Positions 14,671-28,147 of a DNA stretch of 64,000 nt are shown here, in pieces (the first letter of the stretch is position 1; the number at the start of each line of letters is the position of its first letter). Source of the DNA: the human T2T-CHM13v2.0 reference genome, Homo sapiens; NCBI RefSeq assembly GCF_009914755.1, contig NC_060925.1; one strand, written 5' to 3'. The position numbers and the translations under genes are program-made. The notes beneath the pieces are model-generated. The model was not told the origin of the DNA, searched no databases, and saw nothing but the letters and a program-made list of their open reading frames with translations.

Positions 14671-16869
14671 GGATGTGAACAATAGGTCAATGTTTCTGCT
14701 ATTTTCTTTCAAGTGCCCCTGATGTCCATATTTGCCATCAGCTAATTCCACCCAAGCAGGCCCCACTATGTGTAAGGCTTGTAAAAGGGAGAGCAGGAGC
14801 CCCAGAATCAGTTCAAGGGAGTTTATGAAGACAGACAACTGGTCAGGCTGGGAGACAGAGTGTGGAGAGAGACATAAACTCGCTTCATTTCTCCCAAAGC
14901 CCTCTCTTCTAAGACTTTTACTGTTTAGGCAATTCCCATAAGATACCTACAACAACCCTTTCCATTTTGCAGATGGAAAAACTAATGCTGAGGGAATTCA
15001 AAGAACACACCCAAGGTCACAGCAATTCCCTAGCTGAGCAGGGCCATCAATGGCCCCATTTGTAACATCCCCAAAGCACATTTGCTCTTATCAGGGCTTA
15101 GTTCTTAAGTGTTTGAATTTATCCAGACCCTATAGTGATGCATTTAGAATACAGTCCCATATCAAAAAATATACAATTTTCACTTTAATTTAAAATGAGC
15201 TTAAAGTAACCACTATAATTATCTCCCTGGTATTTATGAGTCATTTAATAAAAACTTGTTAGACTCTCAATGGTCCTATCCCTCGCTCTGGGCCCCTCGC
15301 TCCCCCCGTCCATCTTTTCATGGCCGGCAAAGGTCTCAAAACAGATCAGATCATTGGAGCTAAAATACCTGGGGGGTTTAAAAAACACTTTAACATATCC
15401 GTATTTTTGCCAGAATATATTAATATACAAAATATGTGAGTTTTCTGAGACCTTAAACGGAGGCAGCTGATCTCCTCACTTTTTTATTTCCTTAAGTTGT
15501 TTTTCTTCCCGTTGCTCTCATCTCTAGCACAGAACATAAAGTTTTCCCAGCTACTATAAGCTAAGACAACTACTGAATCTACGTTCCCCTTATTGTGACA
15601 TCCACAAATGCATCTTAATAAACCTGGGCACATCCCTGCCCCTGTTGCTACTTCTTTGATATCGGAGTAGAAGTTTTGCTGTGGAGCAAAATGTCTCAGT
15701 GTGAATCACCCCCTGAGGTGAAGCCAGTATTCAGAAGAATGACAGGGGCCATGGCAGATGCCGTTCTGTACATTTTGAGAGAAATCATGTCAATGCTACA
15801 TCAATTAGGCTCTTGTTTCCATCATGCAGAGAACTAGGAGGTAAAGCAAATCAGCTAGCTTTCCAGAGTACGTTGTTCTTCTGAGAAGCTGTTCAAAGTT
15901 TTACTTTTTTGCTTTTTAGTTTGTTATAATGTTTGTCCAATTGGAAGGTGAGCTATAAGAACTCAGCTGAGTTGGAACAAATAAAGTGTCCTTTATGGCC
16001 CTCTCCTGGTTCTCTGTGGGGAGCTAGGACAGTGACAAGGTGATCAAATGTACTCGGTGCCAGAGAAAGGGCATGCTTAAGACTGAAAGGAATCTGTTGA
16101 CAAAAGAGAAAAACACGTCAACCAATTTTTCTTTATAAAAAGAAGAGATAATTGATCTTTTTCCCACATCCCTTAGGGACCATATAGAAATAGACAAAAA
16201 TTGTCATTTTGGGAGTGGAAAAAAAGACTACTTGAGTTTGCCAGAGGTCAGGGTCTGAGCATTATCCTTCCAGGAACCCTGAGTGCCTCAAAGGTTGCCA
16301 ATGATCCATAAATGTTAGTTTAATGGGATTGAATTAAATTGTATTGAATTATAGATATTGAAAAAAGAGGCAGTTCTACATGGCAATGGCATTATTGAGA
16401 TATAATCTGTTTGAGGATAATCTTATATGGCTGTTCCATATTGCATTCAAATTTTCAATTCTACCAGTGTTGAACTCTAAGAGATTATGGATTCTGAGAA
16501 CCACAAATTCCACCCCAAGAAGAAGAAAGCAACCACTTACTCCAAATAAAAAAAAAAAAAACTAACCAGGGGGACCACCACCACCACAATATGCCTGATA
16601 CCTCTCCTGCCTGCCCCATGAGGCTCTGTCTCCCAACAGCCTTCATGGGACTTTCAACCAAATATTTTGTAAATGCTTAAAGACTGCGAAAAAAATCAGA
16701 GAGATAGAGAACAATACAAACACACACATATACACACCAGTACCACCATATCATACAAAGATCGAAGAGCCAAAATTAAATTTTGTTTTCCTACCAGGAT
16801 CCAAGTTTTATGATGTGCCAGTTTGACTGCATGACATTTTTCAGGCAGCACTCATCCTTGGGCCAAATA

Positions 16870-16922
16870 CACTTTTGATGTCTCCTACTTTGGACCAACC
16901 ACTTTTGATGTCTCCTACTTTG
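16870..16922. repeat. Local duplication: 23-bp exact direct repeat with a 30-bp period
   Basis: cacttttgatgtctcctactttg at 16870-16892 and 16900-16922. Confidence 0.9.
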
Positions 16923-19439
16923 TAAGTCAGAAAATCAGGCAATAGCAAATTCATCAGGAAGATGACCTAAGTCTACTGAGTGCTTGCTGTGTAGAAGTGT
17001 TATTCTCTGCACTGTTGAAAAGTTATCAAAGAACTAGAGGAGAAATTATCTTCCATGTAGTATCACATGGTAGATGGAGCACTGGAATTGGGGCAAGAAT
17101 ATATGGGTCACCTTCCCTCATTATCAGATAGATCATCCTAGTCCATTTAATTTAACATTAATTCTGCCTCACTAAAATTACACTTAAAATTGTGATAAAG
17201 ATCAAATTGCATGAGATACAATGTTTGAAAGCACATTGCAAACTGTAAAGTACACGTGAATGGCAGTGTTTTAGTATTTTTAAAATCCAATTAGGGAGAC
17301 AACTCAAATGTACCACATTGTGAACATTTGGAGGGCTGGAATTGTGTCATATTCCCTGATATGTCTCCAGTGCATAACACAGTTTCTGGAACTTATAACT
17401 ATTTGATTAAAAAATTGATGAGTATTTAATTAATAAGTGATGTGACAATAGTTACAAATAAAGTATTACAAGTATAATAGCATAAATAGTACAAATAAGT
17501 CATGAGGGCATGATCTCAAAGATAGCTCCTGAAGGGGACAAAGAAAATGGAAAGGAATAATGTGATGGGGGGAAGGAAGAAAAGGAAGTGCAGATGGAAA
17601 AATGGAGCAGAGAGATTTTAGAACAAATACAGCATGTGCTGGAGGTGGAAGAGGGACAGGCTTGCCTGGAGCAGAAAGGCTGACTTAGGAGTAACGAAAG
17701 ATGAAGTTTTCAAAATCATAGAAATAGGAAAAAGGATAGTGTAGGGTTAGGTGATGGAGAGCCATAAATGCCAAAGTGAAGCATCCTCTGTTGTTGGTCG
17801 GACTGGACACATAGAGAAATAAACAGTGTATAATAAATATTTTATGAACCTCATAATCTAGCAGATGCAATTGGTCAAATAACTTACTAGTGATGAGGAG
17901 CTGGATACAAGCCCTAAGGAGGCGATTGAAACTAACTTAGTGTCATCCAGGTGGCCTTTCATGAAGGAGGTGGCTCCTGAGCAGTGTTTGAGCCATAATG
18001 CCACAGACTGAAGTTGGCACAGGGAGTGTGGATAGTGTGGAGTCAGGAAAGTCATGATGACTTTGGTTTTAAAAAGAAATATGGCTCTTGAGTAGGACAA
18101 TTGTCCAACTTCTCCTTCACTCATCAAGCTTTACAAATTCATTCCACTTTAAATTCTTCCTCTGGGCTCCTACATCATATGGTAATACACTCACTTAGAT
18201 GTTCCTTCCCTCTTTCACTGCTTACTTAAATATATTTTAGTCTTATCTCCTGCAAGCAGAAAATAAATGTTTAAGAGCCCTTTCCTTGCACTCTAAAGTC
18301 ATGTCTGCCAAAAGCCTCTGCATTTAAGTCAGCAAGAAGAACCCACACATAACTCTCCAGTATACTAGACAGTAGGCCTCTCACTCCCATCTGTTTGCAG
18401 CAATGTCCCTGGACCCTCTGGCTGTCATTCTGAACCTGCTGCCACTTGGAGCCATCCCCATCTGGCCCCATCTCTTAGCTCTGACACATCTCCCCATCCT
18501 TTTCTCATCCTTTGGAGATCACACTTACATGTGGACTCTTAGCTCCTGACCTTCGGCTTCTGGCCCAGGACCCTTGTTATAATCCTTCTCCCCGCAGATA
18601 CCCTGACTCTGGCTGTCCTGGGTGATTATCCACTCCCACCCACCAGCCTCACATGGCCCATCTTCTAGCCCTGATCTGCCAATGATCTAATATGCTAAAA
18701 GCATATTAGCCAGGACTTAACACAGCACCAGGACACAGAGCAGATTCTTAATAAGTATTTTACATAATTTAATGAATTAATTTAAAAAGATGTTTGGCGA
18801 TATTTTTTTCTTCTGGCAGCTGTATAGGTTTCTATAGATTGAGGATATAATGCATGTCCACCAGCATTTTTGGGCATTGACAACACCCCATCCTTTAGTG
18901 AGACCCACCCTCCAAATTCAAAGAACATTTCGTTTGACCTCTGCAGAGACAGCTTCCTTTGAGGGGCCCATGTACCAAGGGCAAAACTATAGACACGTGA
19001 ACTGCATCTTAAGCACGGCACATGGTGAGAACTCTGTGTAACTTCCCCGTAAGTTAGACATGTACTTATAATGAAAGGTTTGTGAGTTCAGAAAGCCCCG
19101 GGGTATTCGAAAAGACAATTCGGCTTCCTGTCTGGGAAGAAAATGACAGCTCCCCTCACTGGGATTAAGCTTCAGATGTTCAAGTGCAAAAAGAGAAAAC
19201 TTCTGAGTAATGTATTGGACCCACTGCAGGAAATTTGGTGCCTCGTGAGCATTACCCTGTGGAATCAGATGTCTAATGTATTGACAGTGCACAGAGGTGT
19301 TGGGTATCATTTCAGGAAAGGACGATGCCTTTCTCGCTCCAGGCATCACCACAGAGGCTGTACCTACACCCGCTCATAGAAAGATGACAGCACAGCCAAT
19401 CCACTCACCTTCCACGAACAAGTGTTGTTCCTAAAGATT

Positions 19440-20030
19440 TTCCAGGCTGCTCCCTTTCCTTCCAGTTCTACCTCCACCTGAGTCTCAGCCACCCTTACAC
19501 CTCCATTACACAGCTGCAGCCACTTTCAAACTGGTTTCCCTACCCCAGAATTCACTCCTTTCAAATGTGTTCTCCTTGCACCCCAGAAAGTGATCTAAAA
19601 CTCAAATTTACTTGGTGCTCCGCTAAAAATCTTTCAGTGGTTCCCTGTTGCCTGTAGAATAACAACCAGGCTCCTTCTCGCGGCATGAAGAGTTTTCTCT
19701 GAGCTGGCTTCTGCATACTTCCAGAGCCTTGTCTCCCCACCCACTCCCTACCCCACTTTTTGCCTTCTCCTTTTCATTCTAATGGTATTGAACTATGTTT
19801 AATTCCAACCACAGCATGATATTTGGAACCACCAAACTTGTGCTTATGCTATTTCCTCTGCCTGCAGCACTTTTCTACTCCTTTTTTGCTTGGATAACCC
19901 ACTTTTTTCTTCAAGATTTAGCTCAGATCCTCCAGAAAAGGCCCTCTGACCCTGATCAGCCTTGGCTAGATGTCTTATTTCTCTGTGTCCCCTTCCACCC
20001 TGTAGTCCCTAGTATCTGAGCACTCTCCTG
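19440..20030 (+). mobile_element. L2 LINE fragment
   Basis: Pyrimidine-rich L2 3' region motifs (aaaaatctttcagtggttccctgttgcctgtagaataa; tatgctatttcctctgcctg). Confidence 0.65.
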
Positions 20031-20978
20031 TTTCTATGCTTGTTTTCCCCCATTTCACAGGTAATTTCTATGCCATACACTGCTTTGAATCCCAGGAAGA
20101 ACACTTAAATCAGAGCATAGCCTCATGAGTATAGGCAACCCCAAATAAGATCCTCCAAGTTACATGATTTCCAAGCTATTTGGCACCATAGTGACCCCTG
20201 AAAAAACATTTCTTGAATAAATGAATGTAAGTACATTTCCCAAGCATTTGCAGGCAACAAATAAAAAGACACAAAGCCTGAACAGATGTTGGATTTAGGT
20301 AAAGTGGAGTTAATAGCTAATACAAACAGGTAAATAAGGACAGCTAGGATTCTAAAATAAAATGAACCATAAGAAAAACTAGGGCAATACTTTGTAAGGA
20401 AGGATTTAGTGTTTTCAAATGACAAAGAACTACAAATTAAAATTCTTGAAAATAATAGTATAATCTTTAGGTTTCTGAAGAATAACTTCAGTGTCTTCTA
20501 CAAACCTCTAGAATATTGATTTATTGTATTATTGACTGCTAAAGGGAGAACTGACCCTGGGGAATGATTTAATGATAGTCTCCAAAGAGTCTCAGAAGTA
20601 TCACTTGTTCATGAAAATGGGAATTTGAAAAAGAAGAAGCTGTAGATATAAATTATGTAGTATTTGGGTGCTTTTAATGCTATGCTTCACAAAAGGCTAA
20701 GGTAATAAGAAGAGAACAGAGAAGCTTTTGATTAAATAACAAAGCTGGATCAATATTTAAGGGACTGTGTATTTATGAGTGTGGGCACCTAAAAGGGAGA
20801 GAGAGGACTAGAAAAATTTAAGGCTCAGCATTAACGAGGATTTAGTTCATTTTGTTCTGTAAAGGTCAGTAGTAAGAAAGACATGCAAGATCAGCCTCTC
20901 CTTTCCCCATACTGAAGCCACTCCTGAGTTCTAAATTGTCACTTCTGAGATCTGCATTAATTATCACAATAGACCCCC

Positions 20979-21377
20979 TGCCTCAGTCTCTTTGTTTTGT
21001 TATAACAAAATACCTAAGATTGGGTAATTTATAAAGAATAGAAATTTATTTCTCACAGTTCTAGAGTCTGGGAGTCTAAGATCAAGGCACCAGTGGGTTT
21101 GGTGTCTGATGAAAGCCCCTGGCTTCCAAGATGGTGACTTTTTGCTGCTCCTCCACAGTGGAGGAATGCTATGTCTTCACATGGCAGAAGGGACAGAGGG
21201 TAAAAGGAATGAACTCCCTCTGTCATGCCTTTTTATAAGGGCACCTAATCCCATTCATGACAGTGGAGCTCTCATAACTCAATCACCTCCTATAGGCCAT
21301 ACCTCTTAATACCATTGCATTGAGGATTAAGTTTCAACATGAATTTTGGTAAGGACAAAAACATTCAAACTGTAACA
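20979..21377 (-). mobile_element. MaLR solo LTR (MSTC/D type)
   Basis: ataacaaaatacctaagattgggtaatttataaagaatagaaatttatttctcacagttctaga...acattcaaactgtaaca. Confidence 0.85.
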
Positions 21378-21916
21378 ACCACTTCCTTAGAATCACCCTT
21401 TACTAGGATGAATTGTACCACCAGGCACTGAAGGGGATGTGAATAAATATGTAATTTACAGATTGGAAGATGCTTTGTCACCAGAAGAAGCCCATTTAGT
21501 GAAACAGATATAATATTCCAGGAACATTCAGGACTGTGTAAGGCAGAGCATAAAGAAGCCAAGCTGGTGGCACTCACTCTTTTTCTACACTGCACAACTC
21601 CTGATAGTCCCAGCAAAGCACAGGCAACAGTGGAAACCATTTTGAGTAAAAAGTCACCTGCCAGTATCCATTTTTACTTCAAATTCATACTTGGTCTGAT
21701 AGAAGAAATCTCCTAGATATTGGCCACTTTGCCAGCTCAGAAGCATTCATAAACTTTAAGATACTAACAGACCGAGCATACCATCAGTGTGGAATCAAAT
21801 AGTAAGCAGTAAATAAAATCTGGGTATTGTTATATGGGTTTCACACTGGGCCCTCTGTGATCTCTCACTGGGCCACTTTTTATCAGTTTGCAAATTCTGG
21901 AAGTTATATCAGAACC

Positions 21917-22127
21917 AGGAGTCCCAAACTCGAATGTCCTCAGCAGACAAGCATGTAGCTTAAATGAATGAAGCATAGATACCAGACAATATGGGAAAAC
22001 AGGAGCTTTGCAGGACTGGAGAACAAATGACTAATCTAATATTAATTTTCAACTTTTATTTTAAAGAAAAATACTGACTCTGCAAAACCAAATACATCTG
22101 GAATCCGAATCCTCTTGCAAAACTCTG
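21917..22127. mobile_element. MER45-like hAT-Tip100 DNA transposon remnant
   Basis: caggagtcccaaactcgaatgtcctcagcagacaagcatgtagcttaaatgaatgaagc resembles the MER45 terminus; distal ttgcaaaactctg. Confidence 0.55.
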
Positions 22128-22919
22128 GTATGTGACAAGCTCTGTAGCAGATAATTCCTAAAGTCCCTTCTAACATCATGTCTCTCTTCACAAATTTACG
22201 CCAATATTATAGAACAGTAGCATCTAAAATGCTTCAAGGGTCTGGGACCTACACTGACTGCAGATATCACACATATCTGCTTGATCAATCCCACCAGAGG
22301 CAAAAAAAAAAAAAAAAAAAAAAAGAGCGAGAGAGAGGTGACATTTTGGGCTCAACAATAAATGCAAGACAAATTCAACAAAAAAAAAATCCCTAAAGTG
22401 GAAAATCTGGTAACAGTATTCAGTACTTGCTATGGTGATGCTCAACTTAGTCAATCAAGAGAAATGCTTTGGGTACACATCCTAGTCTTCACTGGGAACT
22501 ACCAGAAAATAGAAAGGTTTTAGAGACTGAACACCTTCTTGGAAAAAAATGCATCAGGCAAACTCCAAAGCCAAAGCAACATGACTGAAAATATAAACTC
22601 ATATATTCATTTAATGAGCACATATCAATCACCTATTTGGTGCTATATATAAGGTGTTCTGAGATCATAGACAAAGAACAAATTATTATTTGTGAGGAAG
22701 TCTAGGAAAGCTTCACAGTGAAAAATGATCTTCAAAATGAGGCTTTAAGGATGGATGAATGTTTGATGGTCAGACAAGCAAGGCAAGACATCCCAAGTAG
22801 AGTGAACAACATCAAACTAATGCAAAGAAGTAAGGAAACACAAGATATGTTTGGGAAACATAGCTATGACTAGACAGAGACAACAGTATAACTTGGAGAA
22901 AAGAACATGTAATGTGAAT

Positions 22920-23030
22920 CGAATATAGCTGTGTGACCTTGGGCAATTCATTTCTTCTCTCTGAAAAATATGTTTCAAGAAAAAAATATAATGTGATATC
23001 TATTTTACAAGACTGTTGTGAGGATTTTTT
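22920..23030 (+). mobile_element. MIR fragment that was the target of the retrocopy insertion
   Basis: tagctgtgtgaccttgggcaa...ttgtgaggatt. Confidence 0.75.
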
Positions 23031-23933
23031 ATTTTTTAAATATTTTATCATTTTATTAGTAATAAAAATAATTCCAAATGGGATATGAAGAAAATGTATT
23101 CATTGAATTTGATGAGATTTCTAAAAACTCTAAATGAAGTTATGTTCACCCAATAAACAATAAAACATCAGCAGAACTATCATATACTGAGCAAAAAATC
23201 AGGCTGATGCGAAAAGCAACATGCAACATTAGAAAGACACAATATAAAGGAAGACAATCTGCTGACTATTAAAGACCATCTGAATATGAACTCTGTGCAA
23301 TCAGCACACAACTGTCAAATCCAAACCACCCCAAGGTAAGTTTGGCTGATGTAGGCCAGAAGTCAATATGGAGGAAAAAATAAGTTCCTGAGTGCAAGAG
23401 AGCTGAACAGTGTTTTGGAGCATTTCCCTGGCTGGCACAAGCAGTATTAGAAAACCTTTTTGGCAAGGGAGAGAAATAAATACAAATGAAATGTAACCCT
23501 TTTAAGTTAGCAGACTGTCTCAAAAAGGATAACGGTATCAGTAAAGTAACAAGGGAATAACTTTAAAACATTATTTGTTGTGGGTTCAAAAGATATTCAG
23601 AATGGATTCATTTAAAGTTTTCACAATAGCTATGTCCAGGCATTTGGGCTTATAGGAAGAAAGCATAAAAGAGGACACTTTTTTCCCAAGGAGAATTTCT
23701 TTAAAACCAAGCACATTGCTAAATAGCAACATTATACTTGGTAAACAATAACTAGCAACAAAATAAGTTTAATGTTCTGCCCAAACCAGTCCCAGATGCT
23801 GTTTAATAACTAAGATACAAATTAATTTTGTTGTAACAAGCCTAGACCAATTCTATCAAACATAGTTAGATATCTAGTTCCATTTAACATTTTGAAAGTT
23901 TGAAAGCTCATTTGACAGCCAGTCAAGCCCCAC
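23031..23933 (-). pseudogene. 5'-truncated processed pseudogene consisting only of a 3'UTR
   Basis: 14-bp TSD tgtgaggatttttt at 23017-23030 and 23934-23947; minus-strand AATAAA (tttatt 23052-23057) next to a decayed A tail; TTTT/AA site at the right. The sequence resembles my recollection of the distal RBPJ 3'UTR (unverified). Confidence 0.8.
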
Positions 23934-24170
23934 TGTGAGGATTTTTTTTAAAAACCTATAGTGTACGATAGTGGACAGTGTAGAATAGTTTATAAATTAA
24001 GTTAATAAGTCTTGATAAATTTATTTTTGTTATTATTGGTATAAATAGTTGATGAATTTCAAAACAAAACAAAACTTTACAGTTGTCACTATAAGTTATA
24101 TTCTAATCTTGTCCTACATTATTAATCATGTAGAGCAGTGATATCCAACCTTTCTGGCACCCAGAGACCA

Positions 24171-24531
24171 CCGGACCTCCTTTTCTACAATCAAGCCAAA
24201 CCAGTTCCTGTTGTTGGTGCCAAGATAGACTACAGCTGGAAATTCCCCAAATGACCAACAGATCACCTGGTGCCAACTGACTGACCACCAGGAAGAGCGA
24301 CTATTGACTTTGGGCTTAAAAGTCATCTAATCCACACTGTTTCTCACTCCCCTGACTACCCTCCTCTGCCCTGAGGTTTTTTTGCCTTTATAATCTCCTA
24401 TTCACTGACCCTGCCTGAGAGCATGATTTCTTTTTACACCAGGGGCTGCATCTCCCCAATCTGCAAATTGTTTCTTATGGAAAATGAAGCTTTCTCTTTT
24501 CCTTCCACAGATCTCATGGTCTTTTGTTACA
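24171..24531 (+). mobile_element. ERV1-class LTR 3' portion (MER34-like), preceded by a ~35-bp MER1-like end (24136-24170)
   Basis: Ends cagatctcatggtcttttgttaca; upstream cagtgatatccaacctttctggcacc resembles the MER1 terminus. Confidence 0.55.
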
Positions 24532-25859
24532 AGGAACCTGTCTCAAGACAGTCATACTCTGTTAATTCACTATAACACTAAGAACCTCAATGGAGTTCAG
24601 GTCTATGAGAATGATTCATTCATAACATCTATCACCTTAAAATTTATTGACTAGGGCCTAAGGCACAACTGCCTTGCCCTGGGCTGAATTCTACCCTAGG
24701 GCAGAGTTTTCGGTGGCCTCGGTGTACTCTTAGTAGTATTTCTACTAAAAAGCCAACATAGAGGGCATAGACTCCAAGCCTTAGAGACTCAAACAAGAAA
24801 CAACATTTGACCATTCCATGCCCTCCAAATCTATTGGATGCCACCAAACAAAGGCAAAAAAAAAAGCAGATTTCATAACACGAAAAACAATATATTCTCT
24901 ATCTTTCAGCATTGTGAGGGAAGGTGTCTGGTCTGGAATCATTTCTCAGTATAATGCACACCCCAAAGCAGCTTAACACAGCGGTAAGCCTAGATGAAAG
25001 CATTCATGTCAATTACATGGAAATGTTCTTTCACCAAGATTGAGAAGCCACACTTGGGACATTCAGTCCTCTAGACAAAATGTATTTGAAATGGAAACTG
25101 AGAAAGCAAAGAGAAGCATTTGTTCCTTTCCAGGTGAGAGGCAAGAGAAAGTCTTGTGTAAGATAGCTGCTAGAAATCCAGGCTGTTCTCTTCAGAACTC
25201 TCGTTCTCAGATTTGCTAGGGTCTTTCCTTTGGTAGAAAGAGCTGATTGCACTTCTAAAGGCAGCTTGACCTTTGCCCCATCCCACTAGCTGAATGAAAC
25301 CAAGAAAGACTGCTTGAATGCTTACACCCCTAAAGCGGATTTGTATTTATAAAGTAGCCAAAGCTGTACTTGGCAATGATTTCACAGAGAGACAAATTCA
25401 CAGGAGTGAGAATAACTCTCTCACAAACTTTACCATACTTTACACTTTGTTGGGAAGTCAGCAGAGAACTTCACACTTCATTGAAAATCCATTAAACAAT
25501 TACCAGGTCATTAGCACAGACTTTGAAGTACTAGCTTTCAAACTCCCTTACTAAAGAAAGCTCTTTGCTAGACCTTCAGCTGCCTTTGCAAGTGTAGTCC
25601 TAAGGAGCTTTAACAGATAACCAAAACAGACAAACATTAAAAAAAAAAAAAAAAGTGTACTCACTGAAAAATAAAACAAAGCATCATGCATGAATCATTT
25701 AATGAATCAATTATATAACAGTATATGTTACATAATACTGTCATATGTATTACTGTCTCTCAATTGTATCTGGATAAGTAAAGTAGATAATCCGTAAATG
25801 TTGGTTGATTCAGGAATATGTTTCCCTAGACAATCACAAACAACTACTGAGTGACTACC

Positions 25860-26082
25860 AAGGCTTTACTGCTTTTGTGCCAACCACCCTCATTTGTATC
25901 TCTAGCCCAGATCTCTTCCTTGAACACCAAACTAGCATTTTCTACTATTCACTTGGCATCTCATCTGGATGTCTACTAAACCTCTCAAACACAATATGCT
26001 CAAAACTGAACTCTTGATCTTTACCGAAACCTGCTCTCCACCTCAGGTACTGGCAATTCCATTCTTCCAATAGCTGAAATCA
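25860..26082 (+). mobile_element. L2 LINE fragment
   Basis: tctctagcccagatctcttcc...ggatgtc...ctcaaacacaatatgctcaaaactgaactcttgatct. Confidence 0.8.
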
Positions 26083-26751
26083 GTGTTTTTTTTTTCTTTT
26101 CGTCTTTACTGAAGTATAAAAGACAGATGATAAACTGCACAAATCTAAAGTATGCAATTTGAGAAGTTTTGATATATGTATACATGTCAAGACAGTAAAC
26201 ATATCCATCATCTGCAAACATGAAACTTGTCCTTGAGTCCCGTTGTAATCTCTCCTTCCTCTCCCTCAACACTTTCTCCCATTTCTCTTACGAGGCAACC
26301 ACTGATCTGCTTTTTCTCACTATAGATTAGTTTGCATTTTCTTGAGTTTTATATAAATACAATCATACAGTATGTACTTTTTCGTCTCTGGCTTCTTTCA
26401 ATCAGTATTAATTTGAGATTTGTTCATGTATTTGCATTTATCACTAGTTCATAATTTTTCACAGCTGGGTAATATTCCATTGTATGGATATGCACAAATT
26501 TGCCTATCCTTCACTATTAATGGACATTTGTTTCCTCGTTTTCGCCATAAAATAGCTTCTATAAGTTTCTAAGAGGCTAGTAGACAGGAGTATGTTTAAA
26601 TTTCCAAGAGACTGCCAAACTGCTTAGCAAATGGATTGTGCCTTTTGATAATACCACTAAGAGTATCTGAGAGCTCCAGTTTCTCCACATCCTCCCAAAC
26701 ACTTGGTGTTGTCAATTTTTTAAAAATTTTGGCTATTCTAATAAGTGTGTT

Positions 26752-26876
26752 GCAACCGTACCAGAGTTCAACTACTCTCTCCACCCATTTCTGCTTCCTC
26801 ACTTCCCTACTGGTGCAGTTCCTGAGAGTGCTCCCCAATAAAGTTCTTGTATGCAAATCTCCATCTCAGGAACTGG
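26752..26876 (+). mobile_element. ERVL LTR16-like 3' fragment inserted in L1
   Basis: cttcctcacttccctactgg...cccaataaagttcttgtatgcaaatctccatctcagg. Confidence 0.55.
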
Positions 26877-27002
26877 TTCTAAGTATTCATTGTGGATTTA
26901 ATTTGCATTTCCCTAATTAACAATGGTGTTGAGCATCTTTTCCTATGCTTATTTGTCATTTTTATATCCTTTGTGGGATGTTTGTTCAAATCTTTTGTGC
27001 AC

Positions 27003-27289
27003 TTTTTTTTTTTTTTTGAGACAGTCTCGCTCTTGTTGCCCAGGCTGGAGTGCAGTGGTGTGATCTGCACCTCTGCCTCCCGGGTTCAAGCAATTCTCCT
27101 GCCGCAGCCTCCTGAGTAGCTGGGATTACAGGTGCCCGCCACCACGCCTGGCTAATTTTTGTAGTTTTGGTAGACACAGGGTTTCACCTTGTTGGCCAGG
27201 CTGGTCTCGAACTCCTGACCTCAAGTGATCTGCCTGCCTCAGCCTCCAAAAGTGCTGGGATTACAGGTGTAAGCCACTGCGCCCGGCCC
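27003..27289 (-). mobile_element. AluS (Sq/Sx-like) with a small internal deletion
   Basis: Poly-T then gagacagtctcgctcttgttgcccaggctgg...gccactgcgcccggcc. Confidence 0.95.
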
Positions 27290-28147
27290 ATATTTTAATT
27301 TTGTTGTTTGAGTTTTTTATTATTGAGTTTTGAGACTGTTTATATATATTAGGGATACAAGTCTTTCATCAGATATGTGAGTTAGAAATACTTTCTTCCA
27401 GTACGTGGCTTGCTTTCTTCTTTTCTTTATATTGTTTTTTAAGAGCAGAACTTTTTAATGTTAATGAAGTTCAACTTATCAATTTGTTGTTTCATAAATC
27501 AAGCTTTTGGTGCTATATCTAAGAACTCTACCTAACCCAAGGTCACAGAGACTTCAGAGATTTTCTCCTAAGTTTGAAGTTTTACATTTAGGTCCAGAAT
27601 CTATTTTGAGTTAATATCTGTATATGGTGCAAAGTATGCAAGGTATGAATCAAAGTCATTTTTTTTTCTTTTTCATTCTTCTTTTTTGTTGGCATATGGC
27701 TAGCCAATTTTTCTACACATTATTTCTTGAAAAGACTTTTCTCCACTGAATTGCTCTTGTGCCTTCATCAAAAATCACTTGTTCATATATTTGTGAGTCT
27801 ATTTCTGAGCTCCCTATTCTGATCTGTTTCTCTATATTTATGCAATATAATACTGCCGTGATTACTATAGCTTTATAATAATTTGAAATCAAGTAGTGTT
27901 AGTTCACCATCTTCATTCTTGTTTTCAACTTTGGTTTTGTTTTGGCTAATCTAGGTCCCTTACATTTCCATATGAATTTTAAAGTCTGGTTGCCAATTTT
28001 TACAAAATAACCTACTGAAATTTTTATTTGAATTCCATTATTTGGACAACTGACATGTTAGAAATATTGAGTCTTCCAACACATGAATAAGGCATGTATC
28101 TCTACTTAGTTAAGTCCTTTTAAATTTCTCTCAGGAATAGTTTGTAG

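Noticed and set aside
16547-16561. Isolated poly(A) tracts (also 22302-22324 and 25639-25654) as possible retrocopy tails
   Set aside because: No convincing upstream TSD partner or recognisable body; treated as simple repeats
16870-16922. Repeat-spacer-repeat pattern resembling CRISPR
   Set aside because: Only two copies with a 7-bp gap in a mammalian genome; an ordinary tandem duplication
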